Below are positions 1 to 10,904 of a DNA stretch of 34,218 bases, piece by piece. Below the pieces are notes generated by a model. That model made no database searches and was not told where the DNA came from. It saw only the letters and a program-made list of their open reading frames with translations. Origin of the DNA: Trichomonas gallinae (lineage: Eukaryota); contig MRSU01010174.1 in NCBI GenBank assembly GCA_008369845.1, forward strand, positions 1-34,218. Direction: 5' to 3'. Both the position numbers and the translations under genes were made by a program. Position 1 is the stretch's first letter. Each line of letters starts with the position of its first letter.

Positions 1-90
1 TATAATTATGAAGCTTCTGATTATTTTCACTTTAAATTGCATTGAAATTTGAATTGAAAATAATCGTATGATTTATAATTGATGATTTTT

Positions 91-183
91 AAGAATTTGA
101 CAAATAAAATTTTTACATGACAGTGATAATTTATAAAGAATTTGACAAATAAAAATTTTTACATGACAAGATTTTACATGACA
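91..183 (+). repeat. Direct repeat upstream of the NAD kinase gene, containing three TTACATGACA copies
   Basis: aagaatttgacaaataaaa(a)tttttacatgaca occurs at 91-122 and 136-168. A third TTACATGACA lies at 174-183. Confidence 0.85.
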
Positions 184-208
184 GATAGATTTACAAAATA
201 AAAAATCA

Positions 209-1183
209 ATGAATCAATTAAGTTCTATTGCAGGACAAGTCGCCACGAAAGAACGCGATGATTCCTCCTTTTTCCACCACAGAAGAAAACTCCTCAATCT
301 AAACTGGGAAACAGAGCCGACAAAAGTCTCGATTTTCGTTCAACCAGGTCTGGCGAACACAGAAGAAAACTTGGATATGCTCAAAGATTTCCTGAATCAA
401 TTCAAAATCAAATACGAAGTAGATAAATTCACAAACAGCGACTTTATCATTTTAATTGGAACGGATGGCATCAATCTTACTGTTTCTTCGCTGTTTCAGG
501 ATAGAGAAACGCCACCAATCTTATCTCTCACGCCAACGAGGAAAGGTTTCATATCAGTTCTCGACTTTTGCCAATTCAATCAAATTATTCCACAGATTTT
601 AAGAGGAAACTGCTGGCTTCTTCCTCGGTGCAGGCTGCTCGTTGACTATTATAGCTTGGAAGGACTCCAGCACTTTACTGTATTGAATGATCTTGTCGTG
701 AACAGAGATCACACATCTGGATCTCTTGCTATCAACTGTAGCTCATGTGGGTTTGGATTTTCTCAAATTGTTGGCGATGGTGTCATCATTGCTACACCAA
801 CAGGATCAACTGCATATAATAAAGGAGCGGGTGGAGCTCTCGTTCATCCTCTTCTTCCAGTGTTCATGCTTACGCCAATTGTTGCGCTTTCTCTCAGTTG
901 CAGGCCAATTTTATTCCCACAAAGTGCAGATTTAACGCTTTCACTTGATGACAGTCACGATAAGATGCAATCGCACGTTGCATATCTAACCTTAGATGGT
1001 AGAGTACAGCGTTTATTCAAGAAAGGTGAGAAACTCGTGGTTTCAATCTCTCCACATTATTATAATTCGATAACAATGTCTAAATCTATCGCGGAGTGGC
1101 CTGTTAGACTTGCTGGCCTCATGGGATGGAGTGAAAGAAAGCACCAAAAGGCTATGCCCGATCCAACAGCAACACAGAAGTAA
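209..1183 (+). CDS. ATP-dependent NAD kinase family protein
   Basis: 324-aa ORF with NADK motifs: GTDG (GGDG variant), VLNDLVV (NE/D motif) and GDGVIIATPTGSTAYNKGAGGALVHP (Gly-rich conserved region II), followed by LSCRPILFP. Confidence 0.93.
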   Translation: MNQLSSIAGQVATKERDDSSFFHHRRKLLNLNWETEPTKVSIFVQPGLANTEENLDMLKDFLNQFKIKYEVDKFTNSDFIILIGTDGINLTVSSLFQDRETPPILSLTPTRKGFISVLDFCQFNQIIPQILRGNCWLLPRCRLLVDYYSLEGLQHFTVLNDLVVNRDHTSGSLAINCSSCGFGFSQIVGDGVIIATPTGSTAYNKGAGGALVHPLLPVFMLTPIVALSLSCRPILFPQSADLTLSLDDSHDKMQSHVAYLTLDGRVQRLFKKGEKLVVSISPHYYNSITMSKSIAEWPVRLAGLMGWSERKHQKAMPDPTATQK

Positions 1184-1914
1184 TTTCATTATTTTATAGA
1201 TGCATAAATATTTACATATATATGAGTTTATTTAATGTGTCCATATTGGAACAAAATTTGTAGACATATTAAAACAGGGGGAGTCGCTTTAATCATTCCT
1301 AAATTTTCTTATAGCCAATTTAATCACAATTGAAAAATTTAATTTACGGTCTTAGTTTGAGTGCAGTAGATCATAGATCATCCATGGCATTACATTGTGA
1401 AAGTCTTGTAGCATGATACGCTGTCAATAGATTTTAAATTTTGCATATCTCATTGAATCTAATTCATGCATTGCATATAGAATAAATTATTGATACACAT
1501 CATAACTGTGCTGTGCAAGATTGTGTATTAATGCAATTGAAATGAATTTCAAATTCTTTGATTTGATTATCAGCGATAATGGACTTAAGAATCAATTAAA
1601 TGCTATGCTATATTTGTGTGTGACTTGAATTAACTGTGTTTATTTAAATATAGTTATGTTTGAAGTCAATAAAAATTTAAAAAAATTGTGTTAAACCAGT
1701 AAAACATATATCAATTAGTCAGTAGAAGTAATACTAACATAGCGTGACGTAGTTTCTACAGGAATAATCGATTTAAAAAACTTCATTTTTCGAATGTGTG
1801 AATTATCTTGGATTAACACTTGTAGAGATCAGATGATTCTTAAAACAATCAATCTGTTTGAAAGATTTATTAAAAATTGATCTTTCATAAAGTCTGCAAA
1901 TGGAATTATAATTA

Positions 1915-2664
1915 TGTTATAGTCTTCGAATGAAATGCTTCAATGTATCCAAAACGCTCTTTTTCATAATAGTATCAATGTCTTTGATGGCCAACATATG
2001 AATCATTTGGTGGATAACCATGATGAAAATGTGATGCATATTGCTCTGTATTTCAAATGGAAAATGAGTATAGTTTTTTTCGAATACTAACGGGATAAGA
2101 AGTTGGCTCGGAATAACAATTCCTTAAGTATCCAAAAACAGGTTCAAATAATATTTCTCTATATTGCTGATATGAGACTATTTCATGGAACATGAGAAAA
2201 GACCCACCATTATTGTAATAGTTGCTCAAATTTTTGACATAAACTGTTGGCATTTTTAATGCATTATATATTCCATCGCTACTTCCAATTGAAATAACGT
2301 TATATTTTGATAAATATTGAAATGTTACGACATCAGGAACATGAGAAATAGAAAGAAAATTCAAATTTGTGTAATATGCGTTGTTTTGCGAATTGAGGAA
2401 CTTAATAAAGTTGAATGTTGCAATAGGATCAAATGCTGCACCACCATCATAATATTAATCAGGGTAGATTACCAAATAATTGATTTCCTTTCTTGATGAA
2501 ATGTATTTGGGTTAAATTTGTCCTAAACAGGAAGAACCTAGAAATAAAATTATGATGGAAACAATGATCACATAAATTTTAAAACCCGTTTGCCAGAATT
2601 CTTGTTTCATTTGCTTCTGTATTTCATCTCTGGATGTTTGGGTTTGAAAGCAATAAGCTATCAA
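1915..2664 (-). pseudogene. Decayed gene for a probable type II membrane protein of unknown function
   Basis: The track ORF 2053..2364 extends upstream in frame through two TAA stops (2512-2514, 2455-2457) to ATG 2608-2610 and TTG 2662-2664. The upstream part includes a TM-like segment KIYVIIVSIIILFLGSSCLG. The frame also continues downstream past TGA stops (..YYYEKERFGYIEAFHSKTIT). An Inr-like TCACTTCATTTT lies at 2680-2669 and an M2-like AAAGTGAC on the minus strand at 2843-2836. The 3' boundary is approximate. Confidence 0.65.
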
Positions 2665-3437
2665 ATATAAAATGAAGTGAGTAATTGAAATTTTCCAAGC
2701 AATTGAATTTTTTCAATTTAATTGATTTTTGTTAATTTTACGGGTGCAAAAGCGTCCTGCAAAAAGTGTATTGATGCTTTCGTAAACATTTTTATGATTA
2801 TTTTGGCTTTGAATTATATTGAAATTTCAATGTGTGTCACTTTCTGCAACAAAATAATGTAATTGACACTTATTCAAATTTGCAATATAACAGTTTCTTA
2901 GAAGAAAAATTACATATATTTATGGGTGTAAATTCAGAATTCTGAAATATATTTTGGTGCAACATTTGAACTCAATTGAAGATAAACACTTCTTATAAAT
3001 ATTTTTTGAAGGTAGACAATAAGAGTTCCCTAGAAAAGGAATAATGAATAAAAGTATACACAATAACACACTCTATTATATTCAAGCTTTTTTACTCATC
3101 TTATTTAGCAAATTTAAAATTTATAAATGATTACATCGTCACTAGGCATGATCCTCTTTAGTTATCCACGAGTTGAATCAAGTATATCATCTATTGGCTC
3201 CTCGAGGTTGAAATATTTTTTTTTTTTTCAAGATTGTTTTGTGTAATATCATATTGTAGGAAGAATTATTAAATGATGACAATCAATAATTTAATCAAGA
3301 TAACAACTATTCATTTATATCTCATGATTTATGTATGATATTTTACTACAATATAGTATTGTGCATATATGCATTGTAAAAAATAACTGAAAACTGCACA
3401 TCATGGAGATGAATTGTTTACTTTTTTCAATACAAAA

Positions 3438-4613
3438 TTAACCCTTGCATTTGCTTTGATAATGAGAGAAATTGCCTGGTGGAGGTGGACATTTTTCTCG
3501 AATCATATGTATGAGACTGCAATGCCAGTGAGTTTGATGAAGAATAGCTGCGACTAAATCCGATCTATAAAATGCTGTAATATTGCCTAATGTTTGGTTC
3601 CTAGACATTCCTAAAGTGTACATATGAAGAACTATATTGTTCTCCGTTCGATTGATTGGAACACCATTGTTTTCAAAAAATCCACTATGTACCCAATGAT
3701 TGAAGCATCCCTGGTCATTCATATTGATGTGGAAAATAAAATTAGTGGTATAAACCCTCAAAAAATTAAAAACATGCTCAGCATCACCGCCGAAATAACC
3801 TCCGCAGATTGTTTTTCTTTTATCAGAATAATTGCCGCCACAAGAAACTATCCATTTTGTATTCCATATATCCCACACACTTCCTTCATCGACAACATGC
3901 ACTGCGTTCTTTGGCAGATACTCATTAAATGGATCACCTTGGAAAAATGTGTCATACAAATCGACTTGAATAAATCTGTTAATTTCATGTTTGTGAAGCT
4001 GCAAAAACCTGTACATATGGAAATATGGCTCAGAGTATGAATCTACAAAGTGCCTAGACGTAGTCCTGTGGTAATTGATGAACTGCGCGCCGCATTGCTG
4101 TGCGTATTTAAGAGTATCGTTAGACATTCTTGACATCGCTTCATCAGTGACGAAAAACACAACTTGACACTTAGATCCAGATTGGCGCAGAGACCGTAGG
4201 AATATGATCATGTTATTAGGATCACCTGAGTTTTTTGCAGCAAGAACATCATGTTTATTGCCATCGGCTCCATAGTTCACGGATGTAAAATTGCATGGCT
4301 CGCATTTAGATGAATCTGGGGCGTCAAAACTAATGCTGTAATTGACATCAGGGTATTTGACAAAATAATTATATTGAAAAACAGTTATTCGATCAATTTT
4401 CAAAAATTTTGGGGAAGCAAAATTCCTTGTATATATTCTATCAACAATGAGCATTGAGCAAATGATAAATGCGCTGTAAAATTTAGGAAAATGCTCATTT
4501 TCTTGCCGATATTTGCTAGAGCTTGAAGCTATGAGCATGGCTATTTTATATTTTGGTTGATATAAATAATCATTGAGATTTGAGTTGAAAATAATCGTAA
4601 GCATGTTAAGCAT
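3438..4613 (-). CDS. Putative GT-A fold glycosyltransferase-like type II membrane protein
   Basis: 391-aa ORF with an N-terminal hydrophobic segment (FYSAFIICSMLIV), a DxxD-type motif VDLYDTFFQGDPF, CGGYFGG, NDQGCFN and a late His (ILHQ). This motif order is typical of GT-A-like nucleotide-sugar enzymes. The true start may be the ATG at 4536-4538. Confidence 0.65.
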   Translation of the reverse strand: MLNMLTIIFNSNLNDYLYQPKYKIAMLIASSSSKYRQENEHFPKFYSAFIICSMLIVDRIYTRNFASPKFLKIDRITVFQYNYFVKYPDVNYSISFDAPDSSKCEPCNFTSVNYGADGNKHDVLAAKNSGDPNNMIIFLRSLRQSGSKCQVVFFVTDEAMSRMSNDTLKYAQQCGAQFINYHRTTSRHFVDSYSEPYFHMYRFLQLHKHEINRFIQVDLYDTFFQGDPFNEYLPKNAVHVVDEGSVWDIWNTKWIVSCGGNYSDKRKTICGGYFGGDAEHVFNFLRVYTTNFIFHINMNDQGCFNHWVHSGFFENNGVPINRTENNIVLHMYTLGMSRNQTLGNITAFYRSDLVAAILHQTHWHCSLIHMIREKCPPPPGNFSHYQSKCKG

Positions 4614-5585
4614 ATCAATTTAATCTCCATAGATACTTTTGCCACCCACGCACCAATTCCGGAAAAAAAATCCGTCTCCGATTATTTTCAGAATGTTTTT
4701 GTGAATAACCGTTTTTGCATGACATTCTTTAGAATTATAACTGTCTAGATATAAAGGTGTAGAAATGATGTTTTAAAATTTTTTTTGTGATTCTGAGCGA
4801 CGACACGAAAACGAGTATTCGGAATTGACTGAATTATTACGGCTCATGTAATATTGTATATATATAGTATAAGGGCAAAAATACAAAAAAAAAATGTTAA
4901 ACGAATGAAATATAATAGCTAAAGAAATCGAAAATTTCGGGATATGGTTATAGTATATAGAGGGTAAAACTGTTTCTGCCCCTCTATACATTAGAATTGC
5001 TCCCGAATCACTTTGCAAAAAGTGAAAGTAAACTTCACAAAATTTGAGAGAATTGGTGCCTATCAATATGGGCATGCATATCCGATTGATATAGATGGTA
5101 AACATCATGTAAATTGACAGAATTGAAATGTTAAGCTTGCTCCAGAAATTTTTCAAAAATATTGTTGGATAAAAAATATGCAATAAAATCTATTCAAGTT
5201 GCCATCATTGATTTGCGTGTCAAATAGCCAAAAAATAAAGTGTCAGATTATCAGATTTTTCAAAAGTGACAATTGGAAAGGTTAAATGTAAAGTTCGAAA
5301 ATGTCAAAAATATTTAATGGGGGGAGAAAAAAAAAATCAAGCGCTAAATGATATATTTTATTATATATTTCATCTATCTAATTCAAATATATAATGTTTT
5401 TGATTTTATTATAATACAAATATGTTTAAATAGAAGAGAAATCACAAAAACTCAAAACTAAGCTCCGCAGCCCCGCCCCATCACGATACACATAGAACAG
5501 GACAAAAAAGCAAAACAAATTGGCTGCAATATTAATATAGTTGGGGATAAAGTTGGCTACAACGATAAGAAAAAAATATTAAATA

Positions 5586-6899
5586 ATGAACGGCGAATGT
5601 TTTGCTGCTCACAGGAAAAAACTGATCCAGCTATTAAACGAGCATAGGCTTGGTAGGAGTGTTATTTTTCTCCGCTCAGGAAAGGAAGAAACAGAGCCTT
5701 TCAGTAATGGAGAAAAAGCATTTTACCAGGAAGCGTTATTTTACTGGCTCACTGGCTGGAATGAGCCTAATTCTGGCCTTATTATTAACGTCGCGCAGAA
5801 TCATTCTATTCTTCTTTTACCAAATTATGATGATAATTATGAAGTTTGGACAGGTGACATTCCTTCTGACTCAGAAGTGATTTCCATAACAGGTGTCGAT
5901 GAAGTCGCGTGTATGAACGCTTTAGAAGACATTCTAGACGAAATTAATACAAAAGATCAGCCAGTTCGTCGTTTGCTCGGCTATCCTGAGGAGAGACCAA
6001 TGCAATATGATGACACAACTACACTTATTACAGCAGCGGGCCTTGCAAGAAAAGTTAAATTTGATTGGGAGATAGAATGCTTAACAACAGCTGCACTTCT
6101 TACATCAGACTCTGTTGTCGCGGTAATGAAGTCCTGCAAGCCAGATATTGCTGAAAAAGTTATTGAAGCAACATTTTTATTCGAAGGCATGAAACGCGGT
6201 GCAGATGGCCTGTGTTTCCCGACAATTGCAGCATCTGGACAGAACGCTTCTTTCCTTCATTACGTCAGAAACTCATCAGTTGTTAAGGATGGCGATTTAG
6301 TTTTACTTGATTGCGGATTATTCTACAAACATTACTCGGGAGATGTATCAAGAACATTCCCAGCCAATGGAAAGTTCACAGAAGTACAAAAGAAAGTCTA
6401 TAACCTTCTACTTAACTTGCAAGTTCAATTAATCAACATGGTTAAGCCAGGCGTAACAATTGACGATTTAGATCATGTCATGTTACTCGGTGTTCATAAT
6501 ATTCTTATCAATCTCGGCATCATTCCTCACAATACAAAACCGAAGTTTAATTTAATCTCTATTTTCATTCCACATAGCGTTTCTCATCATATCGGATGCA
6601 ACAACCACGACCCAGTTATATACAATCCACCTTCAAAGATCAAATTACCGAAAGATGATCAAATTCTCGGCCCAGGAATGGTTATTTCTATAGAACCTGG
6701 CATATACTTCAACAGGACAAATATCTTGCGTGCAAAGGCTGATAATATTCCATTTAACTACGATGTTGCGCTTAGTTTCTGTGATCCAATAGGTGGAATT
6801 AGAATTGAAGATGATGTCCTTGTTACACCAAATGGCTTCAAGGTTCTGTCGAACACCCCAAAGACTGTTGAGGAAATAGAACGTGTTATGAGTTCATAG
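5586..6899 (+). CDS. Xaa-Pro aminopeptidase/prolidase (clan MG, family M24B)
   Basis: N-terminal AMP_N-like region (FYQEALFYWLTGWNEP) and a full set of metal ligands: LLDCG, GDVSRTFPANGKFT, HSVSHHIGCNNHD, SIEPGIYF, GGIRIEDDVLVT. Confidence 0.95.
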   Translation: MNGECFAAHRKKLIQLLNEHRLGRSVIFLRSGKEETEPFSNGEKAFYQEALFYWLTGWNEPNSGLIINVAQNHSILLLPNYDDNYEVWTGDIPSDSEVISITGVDEVACMNALEDILDEINTKDQPVRRLLGYPEERPMQYDDTTTLITAAGLARKVKFDWEIECLTTAALLTSDSVVAVMKSCKPDIAEKVIEATFLFEGMKRGADGLCFPTIAASGQNASFLHYVRNSSVVKDGDLVLLDCGLFYKHYSGDVSRTFPANGKFTEVQKKVYNLLLNLQVQLINMVKPGVTIDDLDHVMLLGVHNILINLGIIPHNTKPKFNLISIFIPHSVSHHIGCNNHDPVIYNPPSKIKLPKDDQILGPGMVISIEPGIYFNRTNILRAKADNIPFNYDVALSFCDPIGGIRIEDDVLVTPNGFKVLSNTPKTVEEIERVMSS

Positions 6900-7483
6900 A
6901 ATTTAATTTGAACTTTATCATGTCCTGTATTTCCCTGGTTTTTGTTTTGTAAACAATGAATTGTATATTCGATTGTGAAAATCAAATTTTATACCATTCA
7001 ACAGTTTGAAATAAAAATAGTTTATGATTTAATTGTTTTACGCTGATATTTCATTGTCTATTTGATTTATTTTAATATTTGTTAATTTTTGAAAATATTT
7101 AAATTATTAAATCAATTTTTGAATATTATGTTACGGATATTTTGTATTTTTAGAAGTTACTTATTTGAAAGATAGATTTTGAGGGCTTGTTTATGATATT
7201 TAATTTTTCAAGGAAAAATATTAATGAGATTAGCTTATATAAAAGAGGATATATTATTTTTAGTTCATATATATGAGAATAGTTGAATTGTTTTGGTTCA
7301 CGATGGATGAAAAATATTTTGATCGAAACCAACAATCGATAATGATGCGCCAAACTCAGAATATAAGCTTTTTAGAAATAGCCTAGTTTGGATATAGTCT
7401 TTTCTAGGAATGCCCGGTGGGATCGTTAATTCTCCCTGAAAATTTATGGCTCCCCCTAAAATTGTAGTTTTTCAATCTATAAA

Positions 7484-8353
7484 ATGGCGGAGCTCGAAAA
7501 ATTAATCGGCAGAGCAAAAGCTATGGCTAAGGAGACCGGATCTGGCGATAAGAACCGTGATAATGACGGTGATGAAGAAATGGATGAATTTACAAGGCTT
7601 AAAAACGAAATTTGCGATATGGAACGTCAATGCCGCTTAGATATCAAGGCTCGTGATGAATTCGCCGAAGCTATTGGTACAAGAGACCAAAAGGCTGAAA
7701 TTGTTAAAATGACAACATCAATTCGTAATTCGATTAAAGACATGCGTTCTAAAGTCGACCAGCTTCGCACAATCGTCACCGATGAGGAAGAAAAACTTAG
7801 AAAGAAGAACAAAACCAGTGAAGGTCTCAAGAACAGAAAGAAACTTTGTGATCTTTGCGATGCCAGAATTGACGAGTGCGAACGCTGGATGAGAGGTCAC
7901 TCATTCGTCTCTGTTAAGGATGATCCGAAGAAACGCGCACTTCTTAAAGGTGCCAATTTCGATGAATCGGCAACGCCAACATTAGCAACGTTTGTCCCTT
8001 CACCAACAGAGTCAGAATACGAAGAAATTGCTGGTATCGAAGACTGGAGACTCCAGATCAACAAGAACGAACAGGAAATCGATCAACAGTTAGATCAACT
8101 CGTTGAAGGCACATCTCAGCTCGTTTACATCGCTAACCAGCTTCAGCAAGAATACCAGATCCTCGGCGTCATGACAGATGAAGTTGATAATAAAATGGAT
8201 AAAGTTGACGAAAAACTCGTCACAACAACTGAAAGAGTCAACAAGTTCTTAGAAAAGCAAGGCAGCTGCGCAAACTGCTGCATTGATATCTTCCTTCTTC
8301 TCGTTATTCTCGCTTGCATTTACTTCATCGTAACAAGATTCGTCTCGTTCTAA
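7484..8353 (+). CDS. Qc-SNARE, SYP7 (SYP71)-like, tail-anchored
   Basis: N-terminal helical coiled-coil region, a SNARE motif (IDQQLDQLVEG...DEVDNKMDKVDEKL) and a C-terminal NCCIDIFLLLVILACIYFIV membrane anchor resembling my recollection of the SYP7 tail NFCIDIVLLCIVLGI. Confidence 0.85.
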   Translation: MAELEKLIGRAKAMAKETGSGDKNRDNDGDEEMDEFTRLKNEICDMERQCRLDIKARDEFAEAIGTRDQKAEIVKMTTSIRNSIKDMRSKVDQLRTIVTDEEEKLRKKNKTSEGLKNRKKLCDLCDARIDECERWMRGHSFVSVKDDPKKRALLKGANFDESATPTLATFVPSPTESEYEEIAGIEDWRLQINKNEQEIDQQLDQLVEGTSQLVYIANQLQQEYQILGVMTDEVDNKMDKVDEKLVTTTERVNKFLEKQGSCANCCIDIFLLLVILACIYFIVTRFVSF

Positions 8354-8822
8354 ATAGTTCAGCGACTGTCATATTATGATAACATATCAACTATTGCTGT
8401 TAAATTATTATTATATTTTGTTCAAATCTTTGTTTTTTACTTATAGAATAAGGAACATTAGCTTTTTCGTTGAGGAAAATCGATTTAATAAATCAAATCG
8501 AATTTATATGAAAAAAAATTGAAAAATAAAAAATTTTAGCATAAAAACATGTTTTAAATCTAATAAATCAGTTTTATAACGTCTACACTTGTTATTTTTC
8601 ATATAGTTATGAGTTAATTTCTTGATTTTCTAGATTGCCAAATTAAAACCCAAAATTATTAATGGATAAATCCAGCTTTTCTAATCAAATAGAATAATAT
8701 CGACCTAAAATAATTGATAGTCAATGTTATTTTGTTATTAGACAAATAAAAACTGTGATTTCCATAATATAATGTATAACAATTTACTAACATAACAAAA
8801 TAAACATAAAACAGTGCTCTGC

Positions 8823-10904
8823 CTACTTAGTTGGGATTGGTGGTGGAAGGCAGAAGCTATTACTTGTGCCAAGCTTGTAAAATGGTTTTCCTTGGCTGTG
8901 ACTTGTTGTATTTGTTGATTTGAGGGCATTTGTACTCTTACGAGACAAATTCTTCAACGAAATTGATTGATACAATTCGATTATTTCTGAATCATCCGAA
9001 TAAGAATCTGATTCTTCCAGAGCTTGAGCTCTAGATAAGTCTGTCATTGAAACTGAGCGAGGGACAACCTTCTTCGCTTCTTCAACATCTTCAATTATGT
9101 TCTTTTCAAGTTCATCACTCTTTGTAAACTCATATCTTTCCTCAAAGTATTCCGTGCTGAGTGGTTTGACTTTTGGAACAAATGGTGGAGGTAATTCGTC
9201 AACTTTATCCCAATCTATCTGCTTAAACCATGGATGTTTCTTGATTTCGTTAATTCCGCCGGATCCTAAGCGTTTTGATGGGTCAACTGTTAATAATTTG
9301 CGGAGGAAATCAACGCATTCTGGTGAAACATCTTCTAAAAGGCTCCAATCACATTTGCCAGATACAATATCTGCCAGTGTCTCGTGTTCAGTTTCTCTGT
9401 TGAACGGCGGTACTCCGGATAAAAGCTCAAACAAAATAACCCCCAAAGACCAATAATCGACACAGCAATTATGGGGCTGCGACAAAATGATTTCCGGCGC
9501 CATATAACCTGGTGTTCCAACGACACCGTCTGTGTTTCCACGGTCAAAAGCTCCGTAAAGTGAAAGGCCGAAATCAGTCAGCTTTAATTTGCCATCGGAA
9601 GCAATTAATATATTGTCTGGCTTTAAGTCGCGGTGTAGTATCCCTTGTCCGTGGAGAAAATCTAGTGCTTGTACGATCTGTGCAATATATATTCTTGTGG
9701 AATCTTCGTCTAGAGTGCCAATGTTTTGTAATAATGAATATAAATCGCCACCAGGAACGAAATCCATGACTAAATACAGATTATGTCGACCAATAATTGA
9801 GTAATAAAATTCTACGATGTATGGATTTGTATTTCTCAAAAGAATATCCTTTTCTGTGAGTACTCTTCTAACTTCGTTCTTTTGTCTAAGTTCTGACTTC
9901 GGCGTGACTTTAATTGCGTAAGTATCTTTTGTTCTGACCTTTTCAGCTAAATACACTTTAGCAAAGTGGCCGCTGGAGATTCTCTTGATAAAGTTGAAAT
10001 CAGCGATGGATGTTTGAAGCGAAGGTACGCCTAAAATTGATTTTTTCAATCTCGTTTGCTGTGATCTTTGTGATGCTTCCGCGTACATTTGTGCAGCTTT
10101 CATCTTCTCGAGTGCCAAATTTCTTGCTCTGTTGAGAATATGGTCTTCTGAAGGGATTTTTATGAACTTGATCGTATTATATGCGTGATCGATTGTGTCA
10201 GCTTCGCCTTTTAGCGCGTGGTCGAGAAGTAGTGAGCAGTGGAATATAGGCAGTGTTACTGATGTCGCTCTTTCTTTACATCCTGGCCATTGAACATCGA
10301 GTATTGTCTTAGATATAAAATTTTGCAGTTTTCGTATCTTTTCATCGGTTGTAATCATATTGAACTCTGATTCATATGCTTTCAGACAGCTCTGATTGTG
10401 TTGGTGCAATAATTTATTTGGAATTAATTGTTCGCAGATTCTACACAGTACACATTCGTTTTCGTCGACCTCTGGGGCGAGCTTTGAAGACTCTTCGTGT
10501 ACTTCTTGTTCTCTACTTACAGGCTCGATGGGTGTGGATTGACTGAAAACACGAGATATTGCTAAACAAAGCTTGAGAAGAGTGTTCGCTGTTATCTTAT
10601 CTTCTTGTGATATATCTTTTGCGGAAAACAATGATTGACATCTACTGAGAATATTTGATGTAGTACTAAACAAAGTCGCGTAAGTGCAACTAACTAATGA
10701 TTGCGTCATTGTTTTCAATTCTGTAGTGTATTTCATTGTATTTGAAGGTTGAACCCTGCTTAATTGATTGTTTAAAATTACAAGATTTGCTTTTTGTTTG
10801 AGTAAGATCGTATATATTCTGCTATAAATGCCTCTATCAGGCTCGAATATATTAAATCCTTCTCTATTGACAAAGCGAATCTTTTGGCCTGATTCGCTGA
10901 TCAT
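8823..10904 (-). CDS. AGC Ser/Thr kinase, MAST/Rim15/IRE-like, with an N-terminal C2HC zinc finger
   Basis: Kinase motifs DFNFIKRISSGHFAKVY, YAIK, LYLVMDFVPGGDLYSLL, HRDLKPDN, DFGLS, GTPGYMAPE and DYWSLG, plus an AGC C-tail PPFVP..YF. The zinc finger is CRICE-x-H-x3-C at aa 154-173. Confidence 0.93.
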   Translation of the reverse strand: MISESGQKIRFVNREGFNIFEPDRGIYSRIYTILLKQKANLVILNNQLSRVQPSNTMKYTTELKTMTQSLVSCTYATLFSTTSNILSRCQSLFSAKDISQEDKITANTLLKLCLAISRVFSQSTPIEPVSREQEVHEESSKLAPEVDENECVLCRICEQLIPNKLLHQHNQSCLKAYESEFNMITTDEKIRKLQNFISKTILDVQWPGCKERATSVTLPIFHCSLLLDHALKGEADTIDHAYNTIKFIKIPSEDHILNRARNLALEKMKAAQMYAEASQRSQQTRLKKSILGVPSLQTSIADFNFIKRISSGHFAKVYLAEKVRTKDTYAIKVTPKSELRQKNEVRRVLTEKDILLRNTNPYIVEFYYSIIGRHNLYLVMDFVPGGDLYSLLQNIGTLDEDSTRIYIAQIVQALDFLHGQGILHRDLKPDNILIASDGKLKLTDFGLSLYGAFDRGNTDGVVGTPGYMAPEIILSQPHNCCVDYWSLGVILFELLSGVPPFNRETEHETLADIVSGKCDWSLLEDVSPECVDFLRKLLTVDPSKRLGSGGINEIKKHPWFKQIDWDKVDELPPPFVPKVKPLSTEYFEERYEFTKSDELEKNIIEDVEEAKKVVPRSVSMTDLSRAQALEESDSYSDDSEIIELYQSISLKNLSRKSTNALKSTNTTSHSQGKPFYKLGTSNSFCLPPPIPTK

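Noticed and set aside
3624..4040. 138-aa plus-strand ORF antisense to the glycosyltransferase-like gene
   Set aside because: Shadow ORF fully inside a better-supported gene, with no recognisable motif.
4773..5183. 136-aa minus-strand ORF
   Set aside because: Non-ATG start and an I/F/Y/N/S-rich translation typical of AT-rich non-coding DNA. No motif.
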